Shown here: positions 34,957 through 45,200 of the stretch, piece by piece
Layout of the letters: the number at the start of each line of letters is the position of its first letter
Position numbering within the stretch: position 1 is the stretch's first letter
Source: Candidatus Daviesbacteria bacterium
GTDB taxonomy: Bacteria > Patescibacteriota > Microgenomatia > Daviesbacterales > UBA10151
DNA: 54,971 nt
Assembly: GCA_028715175.1 (NCBI GenBank)
Contig: JAQUSJ010000003.1
Coordinates: forward strand, 1 to 54,971
Direction: 5' to 3'
Made by a program: the position numbers and the translations under genes
The notes under the pieces: generated by a model
What the model saw: the letters and a program-made list of their open reading frames with translations, nothing else
The model's database searches: none
Told to the model about the DNA's origin: nothing

Positions 34957-35901
34957 ATGCCAGAGTTACCAGAAGTGGAAACTATAAAGTTAGGGTTAGA
35001 GAAGAGAATTATTGGGTTAAAAATCCAAAAAATCCAGATTTTATCCCCAAAATCTTTTATTGGAAATCCTAATTTAGCCCAGGGTCAAATTGTACTCAAA
35101 ATCTGGAGAAAAGGTAAGATATTAGGAGTGGATCTGAGTAGCTGTCAGTCTTCAGCTATCAGCTATCAGACTAAAAGCAAAAAAAGTCTGACGACTGACG
35201 ACCGACAGCTGACGACTATTCTATTTCATCTAAAAATGACAGGTCAATTAATATATGAAGACGGCAAGAGAATGATAGGTGGTCATCCGACAGAGGATAT
35301 GTTAGGCAAGATGCCAAATCCACATACCAGGGTAATTTTTTCTTTTTCCGATGGGTCGCATTTGTATTTTAATGACCAGAGGAAGTTTGGTTGGGTAAGA
35401 GTTAGTGATAAGCAAAGCTTGCGATCTGTCGATCTTAGGGGAAAAGTGACAAGTGACAAGTTATTTAAAAATTTAGGGCCGGAGCCACTGGAGAAAGAAT
35501 TTACGTGGCAAGCACTAAAACAGAACCTTTTAAAACACCGTCGTATGCCTGTGAAAGTGGCGATTATGGATCAATCTGTGCTTTCCGGCGTGGGCAATAT
35601 CTATTCTAATGAGGCCTGTTTCAATGCTAAAATTGATCCGCGCAAAAAAGTGGGAGATATGAAAGATAGGGAATTTAAGGCACTACACGATGGGATAATT
35701 AAAGCACTCAAGGATGGGATAGCGCACGGAGGTTCAACCAGAGCACATTTTGTGGATCCTGAAGGGCATAAGGGTTATTTTTTGGATTATGCCAAGGTTT
35801 ATGGTAAAGGAGGTTATCTTTGCCAAGGCTGCAAAGGTAAAGTCAAAAAAATTACTCTGGGAGGCCGCGGCACATATTTTTGCCCCAAATGCCAAAAATG
35901 A
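34957..35901 (+). CDS. mutM: Formamidopyrimidine-DNA glycosylase
   Basis: N-terminal MPELPEVE, an H2TH region, and a C-terminal zinc finger CQGCKGKVKKITLGGRGTYFCPKCQ. A repeat insert lies at 35137-35218. Confidence 0.9.
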   Translation: MPELPEVETIKLGLEKRIIGLKIQKIQILSPKSFIGNPNLAQGQIVLKIWRKGKILGVDLSSCQSSAISYQTKSKKSLTTDDRQLTTILFHLKMTGQLIYEDGKRMIGGHPTEDMLGKMPNPHTRVIFSFSDGSHLYFNDQRKFGWVRVSDKQSLRSVDLRGKVTSDKLFKNLGPEPLEKEFTWQALKQNLLKHRRMPVKVAIMDQSVLSGVGNIYSNEACFNAKIDPRKKVGDMKDREFKALHDGIIKALKDGIAHGGSTRAHFVDPEGHKGYFLDYAKVYGKGGYLCQGCKGKVKKITLGGRGTYFCPKCQK

Positions 35902-35944
35902 GTGTAGTATAATGGACTTTGGCCCGCCAAAGGCGGGCAGATTT

Positions 35945-37315
35945 ATGAGTGAAAAACCAACATTTGCCTCGGTAATTGCAAACCGGGGGTTTTTAAATCT
36001 TTGGATTAATCAAATTTTAGTTCAACTGTCTTTTAATTCCCTAAATTTTGCCCTGATCCTTTGGGTTTTTAAGTTAACAGATTCTAACACTGCTGTATCT
36101 GCTTTGCTTTTTTCAATTTACCTGCCGGCAGTAATTTTGGGTTTATTTGCAGGTGTTTTGGTAGATATTATTGACCGGCGTAAAATTATCATGGTGATTA
36201 ATTTTTTCTTGGGCTTATCTTTTTTTAGTCTGATTTTTTTAAAAACTTCTCTGCCGGCCATTTTGGTAATTACTTTTTTTGTTAATGCCTTAGGCCAATT
36301 TTATGCTTTGGCCGAAGCCTCAGCTATTCCACTTGTAGTTTTGAAAAATCAACTAATTACCGCCAACTCCATTTTTTCCGTCACCCTTTATTCCGCATTC
36401 CTGGTGGGGTTTGGTCTGTCAGGGCCACTTCTTAATCATTTAGGCATCAACTGGGTATTCGGATTGGAAGGAGCGGCTTTAGCTGTGGCCTTTTTATTAT
36501 CTTTGAAATTTCCTTCTATTAAGTCTTTGCCTGATATACAAGGACAAAGGCTGATTCGTGCCCTTTCGGAAAAGAAATATGGCAGAATTTGGGAGATTGG
36601 ACTAATTGAGATTTTGGATACTATTCGCCTCATTAGAGGGAAACTTCCAGTTTTAACATCAATAATAATTTTGGCAGGAGTACAAATGGGGATCGGGATT
36701 GTGGCAGTTTTAGTCCCGGGCTTTTTGGAAAAATCCCTTCATATTAAAGCTACTGATGCCACATATGTTTTGGTTATTCCTTTAGGGGTGGGGATTGTGA
36801 TTGGCGGGCTGATTTTAGGTAGATTTGGCAATAGACTGATGAAAAGAAAATTAGTGGGATGGTCAATTTTGTTTGCCGGGCTATTGTCTTTTATTGTAGG
36901 TATTGCCCCAATCATTTCACCTGCCATTCGCTATCTGGGTTATCCCAGACCACAGCCATTTTTCTACCAACCATCTTTAAGCCAAGTGTTGATGGTAGGA
37001 TCATTTTTGCTGGGCATTGCTGTAATTTCAATTTTAGTCCCATCGCAGACAGTTTTACAGCAAAACACTTCTGAAAAAGATCGGGCTAAGGTATTTTCAG
37101 TATTGGGTGTGGCTATGTACGGGCTATCACTGCTTCCGATTTTACTCTCCGGAGTTTTGGCAGATGTTTTTGGGACCGGGCCGATTTTTATCGGACTTGG
37201 TGTAATAATCATATTGATGGGACTGTTTGGGTTAAAGCCCTCTCTCTTTTTCAGAAAGAGAGAGTTGTCTTATCGGGTCAGAGAATTTTTAGGGTTAGGA
37301 CATTGGGAGAATTAG
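35945..37315 (+). CDS. MFS transporter
   Basis: About 12 hydrophobic helices. The loop 2-3 motif is VDIIDRRKIIM. The start was chosen at MSEKPTF, because the tool ORF start at 35750 lies inside mutM. Confidence 0.75.
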   Translation: MSEKPTFASVIANRGFLNLWINQILVQLSFNSLNFALILWVFKLTDSNTAVSALLFSIYLPAVILGLFAGVLVDIIDRRKIIMVINFFLGLSFFSLIFLKTSLPAILVITFFVNALGQFYALAEASAIPLVVLKNQLITANSIFSVTLYSAFLVGFGLSGPLLNHLGINWVFGLEGAALAVAFLLSLKFPSIKSLPDIQGQRLIRALSEKKYGRIWEIGLIEILDTIRLIRGKLPVLTSIIILAGVQMGIGIVAVLVPGFLEKSLHIKATDATYVLVIPLGVGIVIGGLILGRFGNRLMKRKLVGWSILFAGLLSFIVGIAPIISPAIRYLGYPRPQPFFYQPSLSQVLMVGSFLLGIAVISILVPSQTVLQQNTSEKDRAKVFSVLGVAMYGLSLLPILLSGVLADVFGTGPIFIGLGVIIILMGLFGLKPSLFFRKRELSYRVREFLGLGHWEN

Positions 37316-37440
37316 ATGATAGAAGATAGAATGTAGAAGGTAGAATTTTGATAATAGAATATGGAAGATAGATTATTTCTGTCCATCTTCTATTTTCCAT
37401 CCTCAAATATCCATCATCCATTTTCTACAATCTATCGTCG
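37315..37440. repeat. Empty hairpin of the GATAGAAG/ATGGAAG palindromic family, related to the arms flanking the four-helix-bundle gene
   Basis: The left arm 37315-37372 and right arm 37382-37440 are inverted. The reverse complement of the right arm is about 80% identical by eye to 23399-23460. Confidence 0.7.
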
Positions 37441-37449
37441 AAATAAACT

Positions 37450-38586
37450 ATGTTTTTAAAAAGATTAAATTTAACTAATTTTAGAAATTATTCAACGCTC
37501 GAGGTAAACTTTGACCAAAGACCGACCATTTTGCTTGGTAACAACGCTGTCGGGAAATCCAATCTTTTGGAGGCAATTTATCTTCTTTCCACTGCTAAGT
37601 CGCTGCGCGTGGAAACAGAAGATGAATTGATAAAAAAAGAGGAGGAATTTACCAAGATCGAGGGGTTTTTGGTGGATAGTCCGTCAGCCCATTCGGGTCT
37701 GAGCCCCTCAGGGTTGAAGACTGGCGGAGATATTGAACTTTTGGTGATTATCAACAAACCCACTAGGGACGTGCTTTTTAGAAAGAAAGTTTTGGTTAAT
37801 GGGATCGGGAGGAGAATTGTGGATTTTATTGGAAATCTTCCGGCAGTTATTTTTTATCCAGCTGATATCAATTTGGTAACCGGCCCTCCCAGTCTTAGGA
37901 GATGGCATCTGGATTTGGCGCTGGCCCAAATTGACCCGGAATATGAGCACAGCTCTAACCTCGCTTCGCTCAGTTATAAAAAAGCTTTAACTTTGTACGA
38001 ACAATTCCTGACTGCTAGGAATAGAGTATTAAAGCGTATTAGAGAAGGGTTCGGAAAGCCAAACGAATTAGATTACTGGACAGAAGAGTTGGTAAAACTG
38101 GCCAAAGTAATAAGTGACAAGAGAAAAGTTTTTTTTGAGTTTATAAATGCTTTGGAAAGACCATTAGGAGAATTTATGTTTGAATACAAGCCAAGCGAGA
38201 TGAGTGTTGACAGATTACTTGAGACAAACGGTAGGGAGGTAGCTGCAGCTGCAACATTAATTGGTCCGCACAGGGATGATTTTGATATTGTCACATCAGG
38301 TAGAAACCTTCGCCGTTTTGGCTCCCGGGGCGAACAAAGAATAGCCACTTTGGCTTTTAAACTTTTACAACTGGAATATATGGCCTTTAGTTTAGGCAAA
38401 AGACCAATACTGCTTTTGGATGATGTTTTTTCCGAACTAGATGCTCCTCACAGGGCTCATGTGGTGGGGGTAGTCAGTAAACAGCAAACAATTATTGCTA
38501 CAGTGGACCTGGAAAACATCCCAAAAGATTTTTTAGATTCTGCCAGGATTTTGAGAGTAGAGGATGGCCACGTTCATGTAAACTGA
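37450..38586 (+). CDS. recF: DNA replication and repair protein RecF
   Basis: LNLTNFRNY and Walker A GNNAVGKSNLLEA, the SMC-like signature GSRGEQR, and Walker B LLLDDVFSELD. Confidence 0.9.
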   Translation: MFLKRLNLTNFRNYSTLEVNFDQRPTILLGNNAVGKSNLLEAIYLLSTAKSLRVETEDELIKKEEEFTKIEGFLVDSPSAHSGLSPSGLKTGGDIELLVIINKPTRDVLFRKKVLVNGIGRRIVDFIGNLPAVIFYPADINLVTGPPSLRRWHLDLALAQIDPEYEHSSNLASLSYKKALTLYEQFLTARNRVLKRIREGFGKPNELDYWTEELVKLAKVISDKRKVFFEFINALERPLGEFMFEYKPSEMSVDRLLETNGREVAAAATLIGPHRDDFDIVTSGRNLRRFGSRGEQRIATLAFKLLQLEYMAFSLGKRPILLLDDVFSELDAPHRAHVVGVVSKQQTIIATVDLENIPKDFLDSARILRVEDGHVHVN

Positions 38587-38592
38587 ACGTGG

Positions 38593-38859
38593 TTATTTTT
38601 TAAGTCCCCACCTTTGGGCTAAGCGGGTCAGTTCAAAGGTGATAATAATACCCAAAATTGTCACCAAAAGAGCATAAATGAACCTAGATAAGATTCCCAA
38701 ACCAGGCAATCTTGGTTCAATAAACTCTTTGACTGTTTGCTGAATGGTTTCATTCCAGGCCAGCGCTGCTGCCAAACCAAAAGCAGAGGTTGATAAAGTG
38801 ATAAGTTGTCTTACCAACTCTTTATGAAAGATAAACTGCCTATTATTTTTTTTGGCCAT
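38593..38859 (-). CDS. Small membrane protein (DUF5654-like)
   Basis: 88 aa with two TM segments. AFGLAAALAWNETIQ resembles the DUF5654 core. Confidence 0.45.
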   Translation of the reverse strand: MAKKNNRQFIFHKELVRQLITLSTSAFGLAAALAWNETIQQTVKEFIEPRLPGLGILSRFIYALLVTILGIIITFELTRLAQRWGLKK

Positions 38860-38924
38860 ACAGTATCATTATAACTTATACTGTAAGTTACAAGAAGTAA
38901 GATGTAATCTTACGATTATAACAA

Positions 38925-39989
38925 ATGGCAAACATTAAACTTCCAGGGTTAATTGATCCTCATGTACACCTTCGTGAGCCTGGTGCTATCCAAAAAGAAG
39001 ATTTCCAGACAGGCACCAAGGCAGCCATTGCCGGTGGTTTTACCATGATATTAGATATGCCGAATAATCCGATTGCCACCATATCCCCTCAAGCTTTACA
39101 GGAAAAAATCAAGCTGGCAAAAGACAGAATCTTTTGCGACGTTGGATTTCATTTTGGAGCGAGCAAAGAAAGTATTCAATATTTTCCAAAGATAAAAAAT
39201 AAAGTTTGGGGCTTGAAAGTTTATATGAATCTGACCACCGGAGATTTACTGATGGAAGACGATAAGATCTTAGAAAGTGTTTTTTCCTCCTGGCCAAAAA
39301 ATCCGCCAGCTGGTGGACCAATCATAGTTCATGCAGAAGGGGATACTCTTGGGAAAGCTATTGCTTTGGCGAAAAAATTTGGAAATCAGTTACATGTTGC
39401 TCATGTATCGCTGAAGCGTGAAATAGAACAAATCAAAGTTGTCAAGAGAGAAGGCATGAATATTACCTGTGAAGTTACACCTCACCATTTGTTTTTATCA
39501 GAAGAAGATTTGGGGAGGTTAGGGCCATATGGGATGATGAAACCTCCTTTGGAAAGCAAAGATAATCAAGCAGCCCTTTGGCAAGCACTAATTGATGGTA
39601 CCATTGATATGATCGGTTCTGACCATGCACCACACACCAAAGAAGAAAAACAAGGTGAAAAACCTGTGTATGGTGTGCCAGGACTGGAAACCACTCTGCC
39701 TTTACTTCTGACTGCAGTAAACGATGGTCGGCTCACCATAGAAAGAATGATAGAGCTGACTTATACTAATCCCAGAAAAGTTTTTGACTTACCGGAGCAA
39801 AAAGACACTTTCGTGGAGGTAGATTTAGGAGAAAGTTATGTCATTGAGGAGAATAACTTGCAAACAAAATGCGGCTGGAGTCCATTTACAGGAATGAAAG
39901 TTAAAGGAAAAGTTAAAAAAGTAGTTTTAAGAGGACAACTGATTTTTGATGGCCAAAATATCTTTGGCCCGTATGGTCAAATCTTGTAG
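38925..39989 (+). CDS. pyrC: Dihydroorotase (short form)
   Basis: PGLIDPHVHLREPG, HVAHVS and GSDHAPH are the metal ligands. Confidence 0.8.
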   Translation: MANIKLPGLIDPHVHLREPGAIQKEDFQTGTKAAIAGGFTMILDMPNNPIATISPQALQEKIKLAKDRIFCDVGFHFGASKESIQYFPKIKNKVWGLKVYMNLTTGDLLMEDDKILESVFSSWPKNPPAGGPIIVHAEGDTLGKAIALAKKFGNQLHVAHVSLKREIEQIKVVKREGMNITCEVTPHHLFLSEEDLGRLGPYGMMKPPLESKDNQAALWQALIDGTIDMIGSDHAPHTKEEKQGEKPVYGVPGLETTLPLLLTAVNDGRLTIERMIELTYTNPRKVFDLPEQKDTFVEVDLGESYVIEENNLQTKCGWSPFTGMKVKGKVKKVVLRGQLIFDGQNIFGPYGQIL

Positions 39990-40076
39990 TATTGACAGGA
40001 GGTAATTTTGTAGTTAAACTAGCAAAAGATTCGTATGATTAGGAAATATTTTTTAATTAGTTTAATGATTTAATGC

Positions 40077-40100
40077 ATCCGCCAGAGGGCGGATTTTTTT
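40077..40100 (+). terminator. Intrinsic terminator
   Basis: ATCCGCC and GGCGGAT form the stem with loop AGAG, followed by a T7 run. Confidence 0.8.
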
Positions 40101-40165
40101 AAAAAAGATTCTGGACAAGTCCTTCGATCCCGAGGTACTCAGGACCGAGGGGCCAGAATGACATT

Positions 40166-41089
40166 ATGAAATTTAAAGGCAGGGATATTATAGATATAAA
40201 CGATTTTTCCAGAGAAGAGTTGTTATATATTTTAAAAATTGCCAAAAAGTTCGATCCCAGCTTTGTTAAAAGCGATAGGTCCAACTACACTATTGCCCAA
40301 GGCAAAATCGCTGCGCTGCTTTTTTTTGAACCCTCCACCAGAACTCAACAATCTTTCTCCTCAGCAGCCCAAAAAATAGGTATGGGTCTGATTGGTTTTA
40401 ATGACCCAGAGTTAACCTCTATTCATAAAGGTGAATCTTTTGCAGACACAATCAGAGTCATGATGGCTTATGCAGATGTGATGATTATCAGACACCCGGA
40501 GCCTGGATCTGCCAGAAAAGCTGCCGATGTAGCTGATATTCCGGTGATTAATGCCGGAGACGGTCCCAATAGCCACCCCACTCAAACAATATTGGATTTG
40601 TACACTATTTCAAAAGTTTTTAATCGTTTAGATAATCTCAAAATAGCTTTTGTAGGTGATCCACTACATTATCGAACCTTTCATGGGCAGTTTTCAGCTT
40701 TGGCAAAATTTTCCGGTAATAAATTTTATGGTGTTTCACCAAAAGGTTTGGAGATGCCCAAAGAGTTTAGAAATAAGGACTATCAGGATGTGGTGATTGA
40801 TATGAAAAATCTGGATAAAACGCTAGCTGAACTTAAACCAGATATTGTTTCTGCTGGTAGGATTCCCAAAGAATATATTAAAGGTGATGCTAAAAAATAT
40901 ACTTACAGTATTAATAAAGACACGCTGGCAGCTTTACCCAAGCATTGCGTTATTATGCATCCGCTGCCTAGAGTAGATGAAATTGATCCAGAGATAGATT
41001 CCAGTCCGCAAGCAATCTACTTTGCTCAAGCACGGAATGGTTTATATGTTAGAGAAGGATTACTAACATTAGTTCTGGGAAGATTATAA
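40166..41089 (+). CDS. pyrB: Aspartate carbamoyltransferase catalytic subunit
   Basis: FFEPSTRTQQSF, HPTQ and HPLPR. Confidence 0.9.
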   Translation: MKFKGRDIIDINDFSREELLYILKIAKKFDPSFVKSDRSNYTIAQGKIAALLFFEPSTRTQQSFSSAAQKIGMGLIGFNDPELTSIHKGESFADTIRVMMAYADVMIIRHPEPGSARKAADVADIPVINAGDGPNSHPTQTILDLYTISKVFNRLDNLKIAFVGDPLHYRTFHGQFSALAKFSGNKFYGVSPKGLEMPKEFRNKDYQDVVIDMKNLDKTLAELKPDIVSAGRIPKEYIKGDAKKYTYSINKDTLAALPKHCVIMHPLPRVDEIDPEIDSSPQAIYFAQARNGLYVREGLLTLVLGRL

Positions 41090-41111
41090 AAATATAAAAA
41101 GGTTTTAAATT

Positions 41112-42218
41112 ATGATGGGGAGACTGGTTCTGTCCGATGGGACAGTTTTTTTAGGGGAAAGTTTCGGGAAAGAGGATACCACCTCAGGGGAGGTGGTTTT
41201 TAATACCGGAATGGCAGGCTACCCCGAATCTCTGACAGACCCATCTTATTTCGGGCAAATTCTGGTTTTAACCTACCCCTTGCAAGGCAATTATGGGGTT
41301 CCGGAGAGTAAGTTTTGGGAATCAGGGAAAATTCAGGTTAAGGGACTAATTGTCCAAAATTATATTGATCACCCATCACATTTTGAAAGCCGGAAAACTT
41401 TGGGAGATTGGCTTAAGGAACAAGGAATACCTGCTATACAAGGAATTGATACCAGAGAGCTGACCAGGAAGTTAAGGGAACATGGAGTGATGTTGGGGAA
41501 GATAGTCGTCAGCTATCAGCCATCAGTCGTCAGAGAAGACATAATTGGGATTTATGATCCTAACAAAGAAAATATTTTGCCTTATGTAAGTACTAAGAAA
41601 GTTGAAGTCTATGGTGAAGGCAGAAAAAATATAGTTCTAATTGATTGTGGAGCAAAGGAAAATATTATCAGGAGTTTAGTAAAGAGAGGCGTAAGAGTGA
41701 CAAGAGTGCCTTGGGACTTTAATCCGCTGACATCAAAAATAGATTCTTCGCTAGTCGCTCAGAATGACAGGGGGGGTGGGCTGGATTTTGACGGAGTGCT
41801 GGTTTCAAATGGGCCGGGTGATCCGAAACAGGCAAAGGATACTATAAAAATTGTCAAACAGCTTCTAGAAGCAAATATTCCGACATTTGGTATTTGTTTA
41901 GGCAGCCAGATTTTAGCGTTAGCTGCAGGCGGAGAAACCTACAAATTAAAATTTGGCCACAGAGGTCAAAATCAGCCAGTCATGGACCAATTTAATAAAA
42001 AGGCTGTGATAACCAGTCAGAATCACGGATTTGCAGTTGATATGAAATCAATGGATAAAGATTGGAAGGAATGGTTTGTTAACTTAAACGACGGGACAAA
42101 TGAAGGAATCAGGCATAAAAGTAAACCGTTTTTGGCAGTGCAGTTTCACCCGGAGGCAAACCCGGGTCCGATTGAGGGAGGATATTTGTTTGATGAGTTT
42201 CTAAAATATGTCAAATAA
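41112..42218 (+). CDS. carA: Carbamoyl-phosphate synthase small (glutaminase) subunit
   Basis: The N-terminus LSDGTVFLGESFG, the GATase triad region FGICLGSQ, and QFHPE. Confidence 0.9.
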   Translation: MMGRLVLSDGTVFLGESFGKEDTTSGEVVFNTGMAGYPESLTDPSYFGQILVLTYPLQGNYGVPESKFWESGKIQVKGLIVQNYIDHPSHFESRKTLGDWLKEQGIPAIQGIDTRELTRKLREHGVMLGKIVVSYQPSVVREDIIGIYDPNKENILPYVSTKKVEVYGEGRKNIVLIDCGAKENIIRSLVKRGVRVTRVPWDFNPLTSKIDSSLVAQNDRGGGLDFDGVLVSNGPGDPKQAKDTIKIVKQLLEANIPTFGICLGSQILALAAGGETYKLKFGHRGQNQPVMDQFNKKAVITSQNHGFAVDMKSMDKDWKEWFVNLNDGTNEGIRHKSKPFLAVQFHPEANPGPIEGGYLFDEFLKYVK

Positions 42219-45200
42219 GTTAAGAAAGGTTTTAGTTTTGGGTTCAGGGGCGCTAAAAATAGGCGAGGCAGGAGAATTTGATTACTCCGGTTCACAAGCC
42301 TTAAAAGCTTTAAAAGAAGAAGGAGTGGAGGCTATTTTAATCAATCCCAACATTGCCACAATTCAAACTTCGAAAAGTTTGGCAAAAAAGATTTATTTTT
42401 TGCCTGTAACAGCGTATTTTGTCCAAAAAGTGATTGAAAAAGAAGCTCCTGACGGAATTTTTTTGAGCTTTGGAGGGCAAACTGCCCTAAATTGCGGTCT
42501 GGCGCTGGAGCGAAGAGGGCTATTTAAGAAATTACATTTACAAGTTTTAGGCTCTTCAGTACGAAGCATCCAAGTTACCGAAGACAGGGAATTATTTGCC
42601 AGGGAACTTTCCAAAATTGCTGTCAAAGCGCCGAAAGGAGGTTTTGCAAAAACCCTTGATGAGGCGCTAAAAATTGGCCAGAAATTAGGTTACCCCCTGC
42701 TAATCAGATCGGGATTTTCACTAGGAGGATTGGGTTCCGGGGTGGTTAACAACAAGGAGGAATTTATTAAAACGGTCTCTATTGCTTTGAAACAAGCTCC
42801 ACAAATTGCGATTGAGGAATACTTAAAACACTGGAAAGAGATTGAATATGAGGTAGTGCGGGATAAAGATGGCAATAAAATCACTGTTTGTAATATGGAA
42901 AATATGGATCCTTTGGGAATTCATACCGGTGAAAGTATTGTGGTAGCTCCTTCCCAAACCCTCAATAATTATCAGTATCACTTCCTCCGCAAGTTATCTT
43001 TGCAGGTAATTGAACATTTGGGGATTGTGGGTGAGTGCAATATCCAGTTTGCCTTAAATCCTAAAAATAATGATTACAGAGTTATTGAAGTTAACGCCAG
43101 GCTGTCACGATCTTCAGCTCTGGCTTCAAAAGCAACCGGATACCCGCTGGCTTATATCGCAGCCAAGCTGGCTTTGGGTTACAGTTTGCCTGAGATAAAA
43201 AATAACGTGACTCTCTCAACCAGCGCATTTTTTGAACCTAGCTTAGATTATATTGTAGTCAAGATTCCCAGATGGGATTTACAAAAATTTGTGGGGGCGA
43301 AAGAGATAATCGGTTCTGAAATGAAAAGCGTGGGAGAGGTTATGGCAATCGGGCGAAGCTTTCCAGAAGTTTTACAAAAAGCCATCAGAATGCTGGAAAC
43401 AGGTCAGGATGGTTTATTGGGAAACGATATAGATGATACCAAGCTTTTGCCTACAACAGAGCGGCTTTTTGTTGTGGCCCAAAGATTTGCCAGGGGGGAG
43501 CAGATAGAAGATATTTATAAGGCAACAGGCATTGATCCCTGGTTTCTTTATCAAATACGGGAAATGGTAACCTTTGAGAAGAAACTATTAAATTGTCATT
43601 CTGAGGCGAAGCCGAAGAATATATCTACGGAATTATATCCTTCGCTAACGCTCAGGATGACAAAGAAGGTGATGAGTGAAGCCAAGAAGTTGGGTTTCTC
43701 GGATAAATTATTAGCTAAAGCATTTGGAATCTCTGAGGGTGGAATAAGAAGGTTTAGGAAAAAACACGGTATAGTGCCGAGAGTAAAGCACATAGATACT
43801 TTGGCTGCCGAATATCCGGCCAAGACGAATTATCTTTATTTGACTTATCATGGAAATGAAACAGAGGATAATAAGATAAGAGTAACTAGTGATGAGTCTA
43901 AAATACAAAAGACTCTTCACTCTTATCCTAGTTCCTCTTATCCTAAAAAGGCTATTGTTTTAGGATCAGGTCCTTACAGAATTGGTTCATCTGTTGAATT
44001 TGATTGGTGCTCTGTTACGGCTGCGGAAACTTTGCGATCAAAGGGACTTCAAACGATTATTATCAATTGCAACCCGGAGACCGTTTCAACTGACTACGAT
44101 TGTGCAGACAAATTATATTTTGAGGAGTTAACCTTTGAGCGGGTCAGTGATATTTATGAAATCGAACAATCTGCAAGTTTGGTTTTGGGTTTTGGCGGCC
44201 AGGTGCCTAATAATCTGGCAATGAATTGTTTCCGGGCAGATTACAAAATCCTGGGGACTTCACCTGAAAATATAGACAGGGCAGAAGACAGAAACAAATT
44301 TTCCAAACTTTTGGATAAATTAAACATCGAACAAGCGTCGTGGCAGAGCTTGAAACGTTTAGATGATGCTTTAAAGTTTGCCAGAAAAATCGGTTATCCG
44401 GTTTTAATAAGACCTTCGTATGTTTTATCAGGATCAGCGATGAATGTTGCATATTCCAGCACTGATCTTAAAAAATATCTTAAGAGCGCTTCAGATGTGT
44501 CTTCGGAGCATCCGGTAGTAATTTCCAAATTTGTAGAAGGAGCAAAGGAGATTGAGATTGATGGTGTCGGACAAAACGGAAAACTTTTAATTTATGCCAT
44601 ATCTGAGCATGTAGAGAATGCAGGAGTGCATTCAGGCGACGCTACGATCGTACTTCCTCCCCAAAAACTATACCTGAAAACTGTCAGAATGGTAAAAAAT
44701 GCCACCAAAAAGATTGTTGAAACATTAAGCATTAATGGTCCGTTTAATATCCAATTTTTAGCAAAAGCAAATAAAATTATGGTGATCGAGCTAAACCTTA
44801 GAGCCTCGCGCTCTTTCCCGTTTGTCTCAAAAGTGACCGGGTTTAATTTTGTAGAAATGGCAACTAAAGTGATGCTTGGAGAAGTTCTTTCCGGCGATTT
44901 TAATACCATTGATTTGGACTATGTTGGGGTGAAAGCACCCCAATTTTCTTTTAGCCGGATTAAGGGTGCTGACCCCAGGTTGCGGGTAGAGATGTCCTCA
45001 ACAGGGGAAGTGGCTTGTTTCGGAGACGATCTGGAAGAAGCCTATCTTAAAGCAATCCTGGCAACAGGATTTAAGATGCCGGAGAGGAGTGTTTTCCTGA
45101 CCATTGGCGGAGAAAAAAACAAGCTTGATTTGCTGGTATCTGCTAAGGAACTTTTCCATTTGGGTTTTAAAATCTATGCCACGGAACATACCTCTGAATT

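Noticed and set aside
35750-35944. An N-terminal extension of the MFS transporter ORF that overlaps the last 150 nt of mutM.
   Set aside because: The extension runs through the mutM zinc-finger coding region and the CCCGCC-AAA-GGCGGG hairpin. MSEKPTF at 35945 begins just before the first TM helix.
40107-40163. The hairpin just upstream of pyrB as a PyrR-type pyrimidine attenuator.
   Set aside because: Its sequence belongs to the dispersed GATTCTGGACAAG...CCAGAATGACA repeat family, which is also found inside the ligase gene. It lacks the PyrR binding-loop consensus as far as I can recall.
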